NCBI GenBank assembly: GCA_951406725.2
Contig: OX597825.1
Span: 56,358,001-56,422,000, forward strand
Length of the DNA: 64,000 bases
DNA from: Octopus vulgaris
Taxonomy: Eukaryota
Reading direction: 5' to 3'
In this document: piece after piece, positions 28,261-47,925 of the stretch
How the letters are laid out: each line of letters opens with the position of its first letter
Position numbering within the stretch: the first letter of the stretch is position 1
Translations under genes and position numbers: made by a program
Notes under the pieces: generated by a model
Told to the model about the DNA's origin: nothing
What the model saw: the letters and a program-made list of their open reading frames with translations, nothing else
The model's database searches: none

Positions 28261-28483
28261 AACAAGTGCGCTAAGAGACCGCAAACCTCCGACAAGGCAA
28301 CACCAACGTCCTCTCAAATCAGTTCGTGCCAGTCACGAGGCCAAACATCCCTGAAAGTCTCATTCGAATCCATCAAGTGGTTCTTGAGACATCTTGTCCA
28401 CGGACAAACAAACAAACAAACAAACAAACAAACAAACACGACTGAAAACAATACCCCCACCTTCGCTATGGCGGAGGTAATAA
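28261..28483 (-). mobile_element. Non-autonomous Helentron-associated element (HINE/DINE-1-like)
   Basis: On -: 5' subTIR TTACCTCCGCCA with a nearby partial inverted copy, a (GTTT)n microsatellite, 3' subTIR TGTCGGAGGTT, short hairpin TGCG..CGCA, and terminus CTTGTT. Confidence 0.7.
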
Positions 28484-28909
28484 TTCTTTCAAATTTTGGC
28501 ACAAAGCAATTTTGAGAAGAAATGGAAGCCGGTTACATCAACTTGACAGTACTATATTCTGACAGCATCGAAATATGAAGGACAAATTTCACCTCGGTAG
28601 CATATCAGTTCCAAATATGAAAAAAAATTTGAAGCATTCTGCTAAGCACTTTGTTCGACGCACTAATGATGTGCTAGTTCGCCTAATGAAAATAATAATT
28701 TAACATTGACATTTAACACTCATTGCACTGACTCTTGAGAAGTCAAGTTTAACCAAATATTTAAAATCAGAGTTACGAATTACAAAACGTGTTCTTTACA
28801 TTTGTAAGTGTGTATATATGCATGTGTGTATGTATGTATATGTGTATAATTTTGTGTGCGTGCGTATAAATGTGTATATATGTATATATCTCAATATATA
28901 CAAACACAT

Positions 28910-28984
<75 letters not shown>

Positions 28985-29091
28985 TATATACATGCACACA
29001 TCTCTGTATATCTTCGTTCTAAAAGCAATGATCAGTTAGATCAAACAAACTCGTTATGACCGATGTTTATCATTAGTGTTTATGTATATAC

Positions 29092-29161
<70 letters not shown>

Positions 29162-30546
29162 GCACATATATATTCATGTGTGCATATGTGCACGAGTATA
29201 TGTATGAGTGTAAATAAAGAAATTGCTGTGTTGTCTTTTCGTGAATATCATACGACAAACATCTGTATTGAAACAACAATAACAGCAGTAGCAGCCGCAG
29301 CAGCAGCAGTTGAAACACCAGCAACAACAGTAACAACAACACAGTAGCAACAACGTCACTACCAGCAGCTACAACAACAACAACAGTAACAAGTAGAAGA
29401 AGCAGAAGATTTTTAAACAAGCAAACAAATATTAGTTTATTGTGAACGTAGAACGCTTCAAAGATTGATGAGAGAAGAGTCTACAGGCCTGAGACGACCT
29501 TTTCCAACTCCACATTCCTCACTAAATTTTTACTCGCAGACATCTGATGATTCTAGATTTCAACTTCCTGAGAAGTTTTATATCATTAATTTTTGTTGTT
29601 TTTGTTGGTTTTTACTTTTTTATTATATTTATTCCTTTTATTTATTTATTTATTGCCTTCCAAAGTTCATAAACTTTTGATATTTTTCGAGGAAATACTT
29701 TTTGCATTTATTTTTGATTTTGTTTCATACACCATCAGCACCACAAGCACCACCAGTATCACCAACTCGACCTCGACCCTTCCATCTCATCTCTTACTGA
29801 GATATCTAATACAAGATTGCCCTGAAGTAAACAAAAATAAACATATTTATATTAATATATTTATGCTCATAATAAATACAAAATACATTAGTAAATGATT
29901 GTGTGTAGGGGAGTGGGGCGTGCGCGTGTGTTATAAATTGGATTTAATATTTTAAATTTACAAATTAAATTTGCTAAATGTCTTTTCAAACCGAAAGGTT
30001 TATCTTGTTTTCAAAAAAAGGGGTCTAATATGTAGCTCCTTAAATGAATTGTAAGGGTTTTCCCACTAAATGACAGCATGAGACACACCAACTGAAATAG
30101 TTTTCGAGGTCACTCATCCGTTTTAAAATGCATATATACCATATATATATTCAGTAATGCAGCTCTAAATATCTCTGAATCGATGTGATAGTCGTCGTTA
30201 GGACGCCTTGATATTACGTGAAGGTCTTCTGGTTCAGAATTTTCATGTGTCTAAGCAACAACGAAAACCATAATATCATTAAATAAGATGGCAGTCTCTC
30301 ACAGATAGTGTCCCCCAAGAATTGCATGAAGTATCAGTTAAGAGCTGAAATAATTGGCTTTCGGAATGCTAAGCAAATGCGAGACAATTCTCATACTAGA
30401 TAGAAAGGCACTCCATCTTATTTAATTTTACTTTATTAAGATATTAAGATCAACTATGTCTTTCATCCTTTTGAAGTTGAAAGAATAAAGTACGAGACAT
30501 CGTCGAATTTAATCAACTATAATATCCCTCAGTATTTAAGGTAGTC

Positions 30547-30720
30547 TAAGGCGGCGAGCTGGCAGAAACGTTAACGCGTCGGCGAGTCTTTACGTTCTGA
30601 GTTCAAATACCAGCGAGGTCGACTTTGCCTTTCATCCTTTCGGAGTCGATTAATTAAGTACAGTACTAATCGACTGGCCCCCTCTCCAAATATTTTGGGC
30701 CTTGTACCTAGAGTAGAAAA
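30547..30720 (+). mobile_element. SINE family A
   Basis: TAAGGCGGCGAGCTGGCAGAAACGTTA head, GAGTTCAAAT B box and GAGGTCGACTTTGCCTTTCATCCTTTCGG core. Confidence 0.85.
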
Positions 30721-31789
30721 GTATTTAATGTCGTGCGTCAATGTTTGAAAAATGTATTATCCGATGTTATGTCATTTATTGACAAATCGAGGAACTGTGC
30801 TCAATTTCGTTTAATGTGACATCCAAATACACAATTTCAAGTCAAGACTTTGATATACCAAACGTAGTAGATTTTAGTAGAGAAATTTGATACCTTTCAC
30901 TTGCAGTCTATTTTTCATATTCCGCTAAAACGGATTAAAATTTTGATCTTTTATTTTAATTTAAGATTAAAGGATTAGTTTGAAGAGAATTTACAGATGT
31001 TATTTTTTAAGAATATTTTTAATTCCCTAGTCATAAGAAAAAGGGTCATGTTCATGCTTCTCTTTAAGGCTTCTGGGATTGGCAGGAAGAAGGAAGTAAG
31101 TTATCCTCTCATCGAAGGCCAGGCTGGCCTGGATAAAAACTGTATAATGAATTCCAATGAAGACATTCAAAGTGAGATTCAGAATTGGTCTGCCAAGCAA
31201 ATGGGCTTCCATACTGTTTCCGTCGGATAAATGATTCATTCACAAGGCTTGCCTAAAGCAATGGTATGACAGACTTTCTCTAAGTACTGTACTTTGTTAT
31301 TGAACCTGAAACCATATACCTCTCGAAACGAACTCAATTTTTGACATAAAAACATTGCCTTCAATAACAGTAATTAAAGGGAACCGTGAATATTTATAAC
31401 TTTATAAATACTTTTGCTTCTATTTTGATGCATAACTGCATAGATTTTCGTCTTCCATTTCGTAATATCGGTAAAGTTATTTGAAGTTTGATGTATGAAC
31501 ATGTCACAAGCAGAACACTACTGCAGGCTAGAACATTGTTTACAGGCAAAGCTGCAATATATTTAAGAGCGTTGGACATGACCTCTTACTTACTCCTTTT
31601 ACAACCACAATTCTATACTATCCCTCGGAAGCCCCTATGTACCAGCTATATACTGAATTCCATAAAATATGTACCAGTAACATACTGAGATCGATTTAAT
31701 CGACTATAGGTAAAATAATTCTTCAAAATCTATAGAAGATTTCTTTTTCTTCTTTTTTTTGAGTGCGGTTGTATTAAAATAGTGACAGA

Positions 31790-31975
31790 CGACATGATAG
31801 CAGAATCATTAGAGCGTCCGAAAAAATGTTTTGAGGGATTTGTTCCAGATTTTTACATTCTGAGTTCAACGCTCTTCCACCGTTGGCAAAATAAAATTTC
31901 AGCCAAATATTGGAGTCAATGGCATCCACTAACCCCTTTTCCTCGAAACTGCTGACTTTGTTCCTAAATCAGAAG
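31790..31975 (+). mobile_element. SINE family A, decayed
   Basis: CAGAATCATTAGAGCGTCCG..TACATTCTGAGTTCAA head and a diverged tail. Confidence 0.55.
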
Positions 31976-32875
31976 CTATCGCTAAAACTGATAGATAGTT
32001 ACGTGTCATCAATAACGTTCTAAATTCAAATATCACCGACGCCGATCAATGTGATTGTTGTTTAAACCCAGTCCAGGACCGATTGTGCAGATCTATGATT
32101 GAAAGAATTATGACTGCGATCATTTTGTCTTTATTCATATACGAAGGATTACATTATTCGATGTGTTTTTTTCAATTTTTTAAGGTGATGGTGCGTGACT
32201 TAATGGCGAGACATCAGTGTTATTTTTAGCAGGTCAAGCAATCATGTAAAGGACCATTCATTGACGTGCTGTGATACTACGGACTACAACAATGGATTAT
32301 ATGTATTTCGGTGTGGAGCCAACATATAGATAGGTGAACTGTGCCATGATCATGGCACACTGCAATATTGGTGACTTTGGTAAATCTGGCACCAATTAAC
32401 TTCTGCCTGAAGAGATACTATTAATTTTTTATCCACCACTACCACCATTCCTGTGCCCCAGAACGAGAACTTATATCGATGCATTCATTTTTATTTTTAT
32501 ATTTCTTGGTGACTAATAAATGCTTGGAGCAAGAAGGCATCAAAATATTCTAGAGATTCTGAAAGAAAAATAGAAATGGTGAAATTAATATCATCGCAGC
32601 CAAGTCAGAAAGTCTGCTAGAAATATAATTATCTTTCCTGTTCTTTTATTTTTATTTATTGTTTTTTTCGCCTTTTGTCTTTCCAAACAAAATCACTGAA
32701 TACAATCATGAAATTAAGAAAATACATTCAAAAAATGTGACCAAGAGTAAAAAAAAATCTATGCATACACACTTAACACATATACACATATGCACACATA
32801 CAAATATACATGTCAATGTATACATGCATATAAGTATTATATAAATATATATATATATGTTTGTGTATGTATGTA

Positions 32876-32927
<52 letters not shown>

Positions 32928-34542
32928 TGTATATGTGTGTGCATATACTTACATATACATAAAGTGTGTGTGTGTGGTATGTATAAAACAAGAAGTGAGA
33001 GAAATCGGTTTTGTGTAGGTTGGTTTGGTCGATATTATTCTGAGGTTGAACCCCTTCATGCAATTTATTAAATTTTTATAAATATATCTTTAATTTATGC
33101 CTAGTCATGTGTTGAGAGATTGCTTATCGTTCATCCCTGTGCAGCACTATTTCGAAATGGCTGTATTTCTTACCTTGTGTTTCTAATGTGTGTAGTTCTC
33201 GTAGAATCAGGATGATTTTATTATGCTGAATTAGGTGACTCTAGGGGTGATTTTTTTAACACGTTGAGACATCCGATGAACCGAAGAACACCGATGATGT
33301 GTTTTTTCCGTTATATTACTCTCTTCAATTGTCAGATTTCGGAGTTAATATCTTCTAGATTTTATTTATTTAATTTAATTATATGATACAATCTTTGGTG
33401 TGTTATTTAGTCTACATCTATTATTTTTCTGGTCCTTTCTTTGTTTTTGGAGAAATATCATTTACGTAAGACCCTGCATTCTCTTCTATTTTCTGTATAT
33501 GAACTAGTGGCTAATTGGTCGCTTTCTCCACTGAGAATGTTGTCCGCGTTTAAACTGGCATTCTGCTTATGAGAAAGTTATAAAGAAAAATTGTATTTCA
33601 TACAAAATAAAACACACCAGAATCAAGAGGAAAAAGAATATCTGGTCCAACCTACACCGCAGACTAAAGACATCAAATACAGCGGAAAAATATATTTGGA
33701 AGCTAAAAGTTAATTTAAACTCAAATATAAGGTGACTAATAGTAGATAGTGTTATCCTTCCTTACTGAAAGTAGAACTGTAATGCCATTACTCAACAGTT
33801 AAATGTACTTGACGTAAAATTGAATACTGTGCCGTTGTAGACATCAGGAATAAGATTATGTGAAAAACTGTTCCCATTTGCAGAGAGTGTAGACATCCTG
33901 AGATCAGGTAAGGGTGGAAATATGGAGTGATGTCAGCGTAATAGTAGTAGCCGACAACATCTATGCTTATCCAGCATGATAGCAGTATATACCATCCTCC
34001 ATAATGCCTTTGCTGCCAAGAAGGAATATGAAGTGACCAATGAAAATGGTAGTTAGATCACAGCAACAAAAAAATGTAGCCGTTTCAATATCTGATAGAT
34101 TCATCTAAAAGAATCCAGACAATGAAACGTAACTGCAGTTTAAATAAATATATTTTATATGTAGCAAACTAGGACGGACATGTTTTAGTTTCGGCTCTTC
34201 GAGCTACGTGAGACATTGTACAATAACTGACTAAGCCAGAATCTTTCATTGAAAGACGAGGAAATAAATAATATCATACATTAATAGAGGGGTAATGCAA
34301 GAGGGAATATAAAAAAGCAAACACAAACATAGAGGTAAAGCTTTCTGCTATATTTTACAATTTATTTGTCTCTTAAATCACACACTACAGGTTTCTATTT
34401 ATATTGATAAATGATGTGTTGATAGCAGATAAACATAACTCACGGTATTTTAAAGTTATTCATATATTCTAAATAAATATCTCGAATCGTCGGTTACATT
34501 GAACGCTACCAAGTTTATAAAGTAAGGTATATTTACGCTTAT

Positions 34543-39254
<4,712 letters not shown>

Positions 39255-39377
39255 AATCATAATGACAATGATGATAATTTTAGTAGTAGTAGTAGTAGTA
39301 ATAGTAGTAGTAAAAATAACAAACACAACGTTTCTAATACTACACCTACTACTACTAATAATAATGATAATGATAAT

Positions 39378-39582
39378 CCTTTCTACTATAGTCACAAAGC
39401 CTGAAATGTTGGGGCTGAGGCTAGTTGATTACATTGACCGAAGTGATCAACAGGTACTTATTTCATCGATCTCGAGAGGGTGACAGTCAAGGTCGACCTC
39501 GGCAGAATTTGAACTCAATATGTAAAGACGGACGAAATTTCCTCAAAGCAGTTTGCTCGGTGTGCTAATGATTCTGCCCGTT
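39378..39582 (-). mobile_element. SINE family A
   Basis: GGTACTTATTTCATCGATCTCGAGAGGGTGACAGTCAAGGTCGACCTCGGCAGAATTTGAACTC..GCTAATGATTCTGCC. Confidence 0.75.
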
Positions 39583-39599
39583 CCACACAGTGTCTGTCT

Positions 39600-39790
39600 C
39601 ATGGGACAGCAATCTAGTTATAAGCTTCCTTTGCATGTGGGACAGTAGAGACCAAGGAAACCACTATGTTAAGAAAGTCTGGCCGCCTCGAACAAATATG
39701 GCTCCATGTAGAGCTGCCAACATATTAGAAGAAACTTTAGTTGAGCGAGATAAGATCATTGTCCCTCCTTTGCACATCAAATTCGGATAT
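39600..39790 (+). mobile_element. DNA transposase fragment, most like Chapaev3 (CMC superfamily)
   Basis: FLCMWDSRDQGNHYVKKVWPPR..LVERDKIIVPPLHIKFG matches the CFLCxWDSR..HY..W..KIxLPPLHIKLG signature I recall for this transposase group. Confidence 0.7.
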
Positions 39791-39930
39791 TACAGAGACA
39801 AGGCCTGGAACTTGGTGGCAGGAAGTAAGTCGATTACATCGACTCCAGTGTTCAACTGGTACTTAAGTTATCAACCACGAACAGATGAAAGGCAAAGTCG
39901 ACTTCGGCGGAATTTGAACTCAGAATGTAA
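39791..39930 (-). mobile_element. SINE family A (3' part)
   Basis: GATGAAAGGCAAAGTCGACTTCGGCGGAATTTGAACTCAGAATGTAA. Confidence 0.8.
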
Positions 39931-42435
39931 TAATAATTAAACAGTAAAATATAGGTGACAAGTAGAAAGGAAATTATCCTGTTGCTCCTATAATGGATTA
40001 TGACTGAACAATTACCAGACAAGAATTACATAGCCGTTTATCTGGTAATCTATGTAGTCTAGAGATCGATAATATAAATAGAGAACAAAGAGGTTATTTG
40101 TCCTAAGGTCCTTCCTTAGATTTATTATATTCTATTTGTCCTAAGGTATTTACTTAGATTTATTAGATAAGCGTACTAAAAAGTAAAAACAGAAAAACAC
40201 AGATATGCTGGAATCTCAAGTTAGCAGCAATGCGAATAAGGAAAATACTAATAAAGAGGACAAATACTCGAATGCTAGCAACATCACCAACATTGAAGAC
40301 GTTCACGGAGAAGAAAAATAGTTTTCTATGCTTAAAAGCTATTAAACATAAATCACAATCAAATCACCATTACCGATCACGGGTCAGAATATTAAAATGA
40401 TTAATGACCATGGTCAAAAGAAAAAACGGCGAGTAATGTTTAAGATAGTTCTCTCAGCATGGAGCAAACAGGACAAACTGTTTCTATGCCCTTTCCGAGC
40501 TGTGTGAGAGGTACAAGGAATTGGGCAATTATTTCGTATAAGCCTTATGGGGATGTACGAATTCCTCAGCGTACAGAAAATCACACTTGAGGAACTTGAT
40601 GCTCCGCGACTTGTCATCAATAAAACAAAAGTACAGGAATGATAGAGCCTCATATACTCAGCCTCATATTCTGCTGTCTTGAAAATACAATATGCAGATG
40701 CTGGACAAGCTTCAGAAATCGATCAAGAGTTGTCCATTTTACTCCTGCCGCTGCGCTAAATTTGACCTGGATGCAGCAAATACAAACAAGGTTTCAACTA
40801 GCAACAAACATATCAATTACAGAAATATATATGCGGTAATATCTCATTTGTAGTGACAGGAATCAAAGAAGCTGTGGTGAAGTTACAACATACGTTTATA
40901 AGGTTACAACTCCCTTCGTTTCACAGCTATTTAAAATCATAGAAGCATCGACACTAGATTTTGACACAAAGAGTTTTATAAGTCATTGAATTGGCAAGTA
41001 TTGTATACAGCTAAAAGTCTCAAACTTGCTTGATCTGTAATTGGGACTTGATAATTCAATAGCTTGTCAAATGACAAAGGTTTTTCATTATGTTATCAAA
41101 ACAGGTAAAAGATGTTGAACGAATGGCCGTTTGTTTGCATATTCAAATAACGGTTCAGCATTTTTGTGTTTAAGTATCCACATGAAACTACACCACAAAA
41201 AGTAGATAACAGTAATAGTGGCATTGCTTTAGGAAGCGTTTCTACGAGTTTTTACGTGTATATCTGTATGTGTATCACCCTAATATATGATAGTTACTAA
41301 CTTTTTAGACGCGTGGATTGGCATATAGTATCACGGAAGGAAAAGTAATTGGACGAATAATCACGACAGATTTTTTCGCTTGTTATAGCTTGGACTCTAG
41401 GATTATTCCATTTGAAATTTAGCAATCTATAAACTGATTTCTTTTCGAAAATGCACCGAAAATTCTACTTAGTCGTATGTATAGGTTTGTATGTGATCGT
41501 GTGAGTGCGTATACGTGCGTAAATAATATTTTTTTCATCCAAAAGTTTCCAATGAGATCTAGTCCGATAATATGCTCAATTTCGAAATAAATATAGCAAA
41601 ATAATGTTTGGTGAAATCAATAAAAAACTATCAGTATCAGCAGATAGATCGTAACTGTTCAATAATTGAACAGAGAAATGTTTATATAACGATTTTAAAT
41701 ATCTAACTCATCCATTTTCTTTTTCTCTAGATTTTTAAATGTTTTAATTTCAAAGTATATAATTTTAGCATTCGAAACCTGTTTACTTACACATTTGAAT
41801 ATCAATAAATTTAAAAAAGACATAACACCAAATAATATAGTATCGATATTGAAGGCATAAATGTTCTATATTCAATATGTGTATGTGTACATGTTTGTAT
41901 CAGTGTGAGTATATATATGCATACATATATGCATTTACGTGTGTATGTGTATGTATGTGTGTGTATGTATATATATAAAACGATATAAAAACATAGTATG
42001 TATAAACATATATATGAATATGTATATTGTATGTATATAAATATATATATTGTATATATATATATATAAATATATAAATATATATATACATATACACACA
42101 TATATATATATACATATATATACATGTATGTATGTATACATGCATGTATGTATGCATGTAAGCGTGTGTGCTTGTGCGTGTGGGGAAGATACGTGTATAT
42201 GTAATTTTTCATTTCGCTTAGGCATAGCGATGCTAACACCCAATTGTTAGAATTCAATCTACTTTACGCTTTAGAATAAAGCGTCGGAAGAGCACAATGC
42301 GTAATAGTAATTAATGAATACCAAAATATGAATTGCGTATTCATATCCATTAGTTTGTTGGTGTTCTATTAAAAAACCCAATGCACCCCGAGCTAAGTGT
42401 TTGTGTAACATCCCATAGCTTCCTGGGAACTCTTA

Positions 42436-42505
<70 letters not shown>

Positions 42506-42575
42506 CTTTAGCAGTTGTGACAAACATATTTCAACTAACCTAGCACATTTAGTCAGATATATATATATATATATA

Positions 42576-43044
42576 CGATGGTCTCACCTGTCGGTTTCGT
42601 CGTATGAGGCTCGGGCAATGTACGCTTTCTTTGTCAGTCATAATGCTTATGTTTAATGTGACATTTAAGTCCCACCCACGATTTGCGAAGAAGGCCACAA
42701 AGTCTGAGGATTAGAGGTCAGTGTAGGTGGTATATCTGCATCCGCTTTTCTCCCAAAGCCTATTAATGCTGGTTGCAACAAAGTTTTTAATGCCATTTTG
42801 ACACAACGATCTCCATTTTGTTCGTACTAAGGCTGTTCGCTCAAAGGTGTTGTGAGCTATCTTCATCACTAAGAGGTTACTCTTCAGCTTGTCCTTATAA
42901 CTGAGGCATGTCCGACCAACATTCCTGTGTCCACTCTCAAGCTGGCTGTACATGAGGGCTTTGGTTACTCTGGGTATTCTTTTGTCACTCATTCTGACGA
43001 TATGCCCAGTCCAGCGCAATTGTGATTGCATAAGGAAGCTCTCA
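42576..43044 (-). mobile_element. RTE-clade LINE 3' fragment
   Basis: QSQLRWTGHIVRMSDKRIP..LMYSQLESGHRNVGR..YKDKLKSNL..W, flanked by (TA)n. Confidence 0.8.
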
Positions 43045-43065
43045 TATATATATATATGTATGTAT

Positions 43066-43250
43066 AGTGAGAATTTAACAAAGAACAAAATACGAAGACG
43101 GGTGTGTAAACAACAAACAGATGTATAAGTTTAACGCTCGGGAAGTGAGAGAGTCTTTTACGTTTCGAGCCTACGCTCTTCGACAGAAAGGAACACAGAA
43201 ATAAACAGGAATAGAAAATAGAAAAAGGTTTAGTGCCTAGCGATCTATCA
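43066..43250 (-). mobile_element. Short Penelope-pLTR/retrozyme-like unit with minimal hammerhead motif (43155-43190)
   Basis: Minus strand cttt-CTGTCGA-A-GAGC gtag GCTC-GAAA-CG-TA-aaag; homologous to 26872-27078. Confidence 0.65.
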
Positions 43251-43787
43251 GTCTATTTAAATACTAAAATACACCTGTCATTTTATTTCATGCGTGTGAA
43301 CAGCATGTACTTTCGCCCCAAACTATAAATTAAAAATTTTTTTTAAATCTTTAAACATGTTTAAGAATTTAAAATATCTTTTTAAATCCTCATAAGACAT
43401 CTCTGAATAAAGAAATGTGGATAACTGAGATGGATGGCAATGGTTCGCCTATTTCATACCACGTGTTCTTGAAACGGCCGTAAGAATTTGAACTTTCACT
43501 GGATTTATCTATGGATTCTTCTTTAAATCATTTTGAACCACCTGTTCATCTATTTGATAATTTGGATTAATGCAGTAATAATGTATAATAGTTTTCTCAT
43601 TGATTCCAAACACGGACATACAATTTTATACGATGTCATGCGAGTATATTTATATTATATATTTTATATTGTATCTACATATTTATATCTACATTTATTT
43701 TCTATGAAGTATTCTGATGTTGAGAAATCTACTGACGAATGAAGTCTGACTCCTGAAATTTGATCTCTTTTTCTTAATCAAATTTTA

Positions 43788-43834
<47 letters not shown>

Positions 43835-43856
43835 TTATTTATTTATTTATTTATTT

Positions 43857-43889
<33 letters not shown>

Positions 43890-43902
43890 GTGTTTATGTA
43901 TG

Positions 43903-43936
<34 letters not shown>

Positions 43937-43974
43937 TGTATGTATGTATGTATGTATGTATAAATGATCACAAA

Positions 43975-44355
43975 TAGGTGTGACTGTGTAGTAAAAAGTT
44001 TGCTTCCCAACCATATGGTTTTAGATTCAATCCTACTGCGTGTAACTTCTATAACCTCGGGTCGACCAAAACTTTGGCGTTGATTTGGTAGACGGAAACA
44101 GAAAGAAACCTGTCGTATGTATTTATCAGAGAGTTTGTACGTGTATGTGTGGGTCTATGTCTGTCGCCCACCACAGCTTGGCAACCGGTGTTGGTGTGTT
44201 TATTTCCTGGTAACCTCCGGATTCGGCAAAAGAGACCGATGGATTACGTATCACGCTTTAAGAAAAAAACTGGAATTGATTTGCTTGAGTAAAACTCTAC
44301 AAGGCCGTGCCCCATCATGAATACAGTCTAATGACTGAATCAAGTACAAGAAAAA
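43975..44355 (+). mobile_element. SINE family B
   Basis: GTGTGACTGTGTAGTAAAAAGTTTGCTTCCCAACCA head, TTTGGTAGACGGAAAC and GGTTCGGCAAAAGAGACCGAT-like blocks, and tail GTGCCCCATCATG..CAGTCTAATGACTGAA. Confidence 0.75.
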
Positions 44356-44375
44356 TATATATACGTATGCGTCAC

Positions 44376-44406
<31 letters not shown>

Positions 44407-44412
44407 TGTATG

Positions 44413-44446
<34 letters not shown>

Positions 44447-45348
44447 TGTATATATGTATGTATATATATGTGTGTATGTATGTGTATATATATATATATG
44501 CGTGTACATATGTATGTGTATATATGTGTGCATGTATGTGTATACTTGTCTGTATGTATGTATATATGCGTGTGTATGTATACATGTGTATATATATTTG
44601 TATATATGTGTGTGTACGTTTGAATATATATGTGTGCATGTATATATGTGTTTTTCTGTATGTATATATACGTATGTATATGTATGTATATGTATGTATG
44701 CATGTATATATGTGTGTGTGTAAGTATGTATGTACATATATATATGTGTGTGTGTAATGTATATATGTATATGTGTGTGTGTGTAATGTATGTTTATATA
44801 TGTGTGTGTAATGTATGCATGTATATATATGTATGTGTGTAATGTATGAATCAATGTATATATATATATATATAAATATGTGTGTGTGTGTGTGTGTGTT
44901 ATGAATCTATGTATTTATATATAATGTATGTATATATATATATATATATATTTGTAATGTATGCATGTATATATATGTGTAGTGTATGTATATATATGTA
45001 TATATATATATATATGCATGTATATATATATATATGCATATATATAGGGGGGCATGTGTGTGTTATATTTACAGTATATACATACCACATCTTAAGGGTG
45101 TATTTATTGAGATTCACGTGGGTAATTAATTATTTCGCTACATAAACACTTATATATAAGCGTGTGTGCATATATGGGCATATATAGTACTTGTGAGTTC
45201 TATGTATGTTGTAAATTGTATAACAAAATTTATATCTGCATATCTCTTTGCAGACGAAAACAACCCACCCCACCCCACATACACATATATATATCTACGT
45301 TATATAATTATCTGCATACACACGCAGAGATACCAGACACATACAAAC

Positions 45349-45380
<32 letters not shown>

Positions 45381-45590
45381 TTACATAATACTGTATATTT
45401 TATAAATCTCACACAGCGTGACATTGCTTTCATAACCTCTCGATTGGAGATCTTAACGACTTTGGCAACTTCCGACAACAACATTACCTCCAGCGGTGCC
45501 TAAGCTACCAAAGATTATATACGTAATACATCTCACATCTATATATGTATCTATGTATTCATATATACATATATATATATATGTATAAGC

Positions 45591-45622
<32 letters not shown>

Positions 45623-46069
45623 AAGCATATAGATATACACACCCGTACTTATGTATGTTTGTATGTATGTACGATCGCACAGTGTCTCGCTGACTTTCAA
45701 TTCATTTCTTATTTATGAAGTATATCAGAGATCTATCGTAATTTATGTTTTATTATATTCATGCTTAAAGAGACAGAAAGAAAAAGATATATGTTTAAGG
45801 GGCAGGCAGGATTGAAAGAAGAAGAAACAAATGTAGGAGATAGCAGGAATAGAAAAAAAGTGTTGAAGATGGAATAATAAGAGAAAAGACGGGGAAAATA
45901 TTTTGATGTACAATTAGAAGATAATTCCATTAGAATGTTGATTAAATATATTAAATTTTGGTTATGGAATATCAACTAAAATGATTCATATGAAATTTAA
46001 ATAAACCGATTCTATTCATGAACGTGGGTCCTGGATATATATATGGGGTATTTTTATGAGATAAATTTC

Positions 46070-46109
<40 letters not shown>

Positions 46110-46154
46110 GTATGTATGTATATATATATGTATATATATATATGTATGTATGTA

Positions 46155-46210
<56 letters not shown>

Positions 46211-46814
46211 TTTCAAATTTTGGCACAATGCTGGTAATTTCGGTAGAAGGGGTTAGTTGATAGATTATGTCTTTCTTTTCATTTAAAATAATACCTGTTT
46301 TAATAAGAATTTCATCTATCCATCCATTCAACTTCTCCTCCCACTATTCCTTGAACTTCGTGGGGATACAGAGTGCTTAGCTACCTCCTCCATGTATTCT
46401 ATCATAAGCAACCGCCGTCAGACTTTCTGGTTAGACTCTCAAATGCATCCAACTGAGATTACAGATATCATCTAACCACGGATCTGCTTCCGGTTGGCTC
46501 TTACGATTCTTTGTTCTGACATTGCCGAATAAGACCACCAGAAACTGTTATATGAAAATTGGGATAATAAGAATTCAATTGGAATTTTTTTTTATTTACT
46601 GGACATAAAGTTATAGTTATTTACTCTGCCATAATTCCAAGTACCAATTTTATTGCTTTTACAACAGCAATGTAACGTTAAGATTACTATAAATGTGTGT
46701 GTGTGTGTGTGTGTGTATTTGCGTGTGTGTGTGTATCTTATTCGTTCGTACCTTTCACAAGTGAATGCTAAAGCTAACCTCAATATATTACTAGCAAAAG
46801 AATTAATATGCAAT

Positions 46815-47023
46815 ATTGGTTTCAAATTTTGGCACTAGGTCAGCAGTTTTTGGAGTGTAACTCGATCACAGCGACCCGTGTACAATTGGTACTTATTTTA
46901 TTCACCCCTAAAGAATGAAAGGCAGAATCGAGCTCGGAGGAATTTGAACGAAAATACGAGAGAAATGCCGTTAAGCATATCCGGGGCATGCTAACAGTCG
47001 TTCTACTAGCTCACCAACTCCTT
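46815..47023 (-). mobile_element. SINE family A
   Basis: ATTGGTTTCAAATTTTGGCAC tail, TGGTACTTATTTTA..AATGAAAGGCAG core and head remnant. Confidence 0.7.
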
Positions 47024-47683
47024 AATGTTTAATATTAATGTGGAAACTATTTTGCTGTCGTGGGTGAATACTTCCAGAATTGTGGTTCTTACCTAAGTAA
47101 AAATAATAAGTTACATACTTAAAAGTAAGTTTATATCACGTAAAAATAATTATAAGAATGGATGAGGAAAAGGAAGAACACACATCTAAGTTGAATGCCA
47201 TTGAATCAGAGCATGATTTCTTAGACTAATGAATAGATGAAATGCATGATAGTTGAATACGAAAAATGTCTGAATAAATAATTGGAAATTTACACATACA
47301 AACACACACACACACACATACACAGACACACATAAACGTACACATATTCACACACATAAATACATACATGTATATACATATAAATGCATTTACATACACA
47401 GAGAAATGTGATGTACTTGCATATACTTGTATGTATGTGTGTGTGCGTGTGCATGTGTGTGTGCGCGCGCGTAGTTTAGTGATCATTACATTGTAGTTTC
47501 AATTCCTGGCTTGTGTTCTTGAGTAAAATATTCTATTTCGCGTTAGTTCAGTTCACTCAGCTGGTAAAGACTTATAGCCCTGGTAAAAAAAACTGACGTT
47601 GGGTGGAGGAATATATACGTCACAGAGTTCAGGAGACTGGCCTTAAGAGCTAATTTCTCGAGAAGGACCGTAAATCCATTTTC

Positions 47684-47790
<107 letters not shown>

Positions 47791-47925
47791 GTTTAAGAGA
47801 CACAACCACCTTCAAGCAACTCAAACAACATTGAACGACATTATCTTTGATAGAGATATCTAAGTTTAAATTTTATCAAAATTACTATCTAGAATTACTA
47901 TTCTGAATCATATATTAAATTATAT

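Noticed and set aside
29270-29940. Possible host gene 5' region (CAG/CAA-rich tract, GC box, TATAAA)
   Set aside because: No supportable exon or recognisable protein; transcript data would be needed.
45410-45503. Possible short terminal exon RDIAFITSRLEIL..SSGA*
   Set aside because: No recognisable homology and no partner exons.
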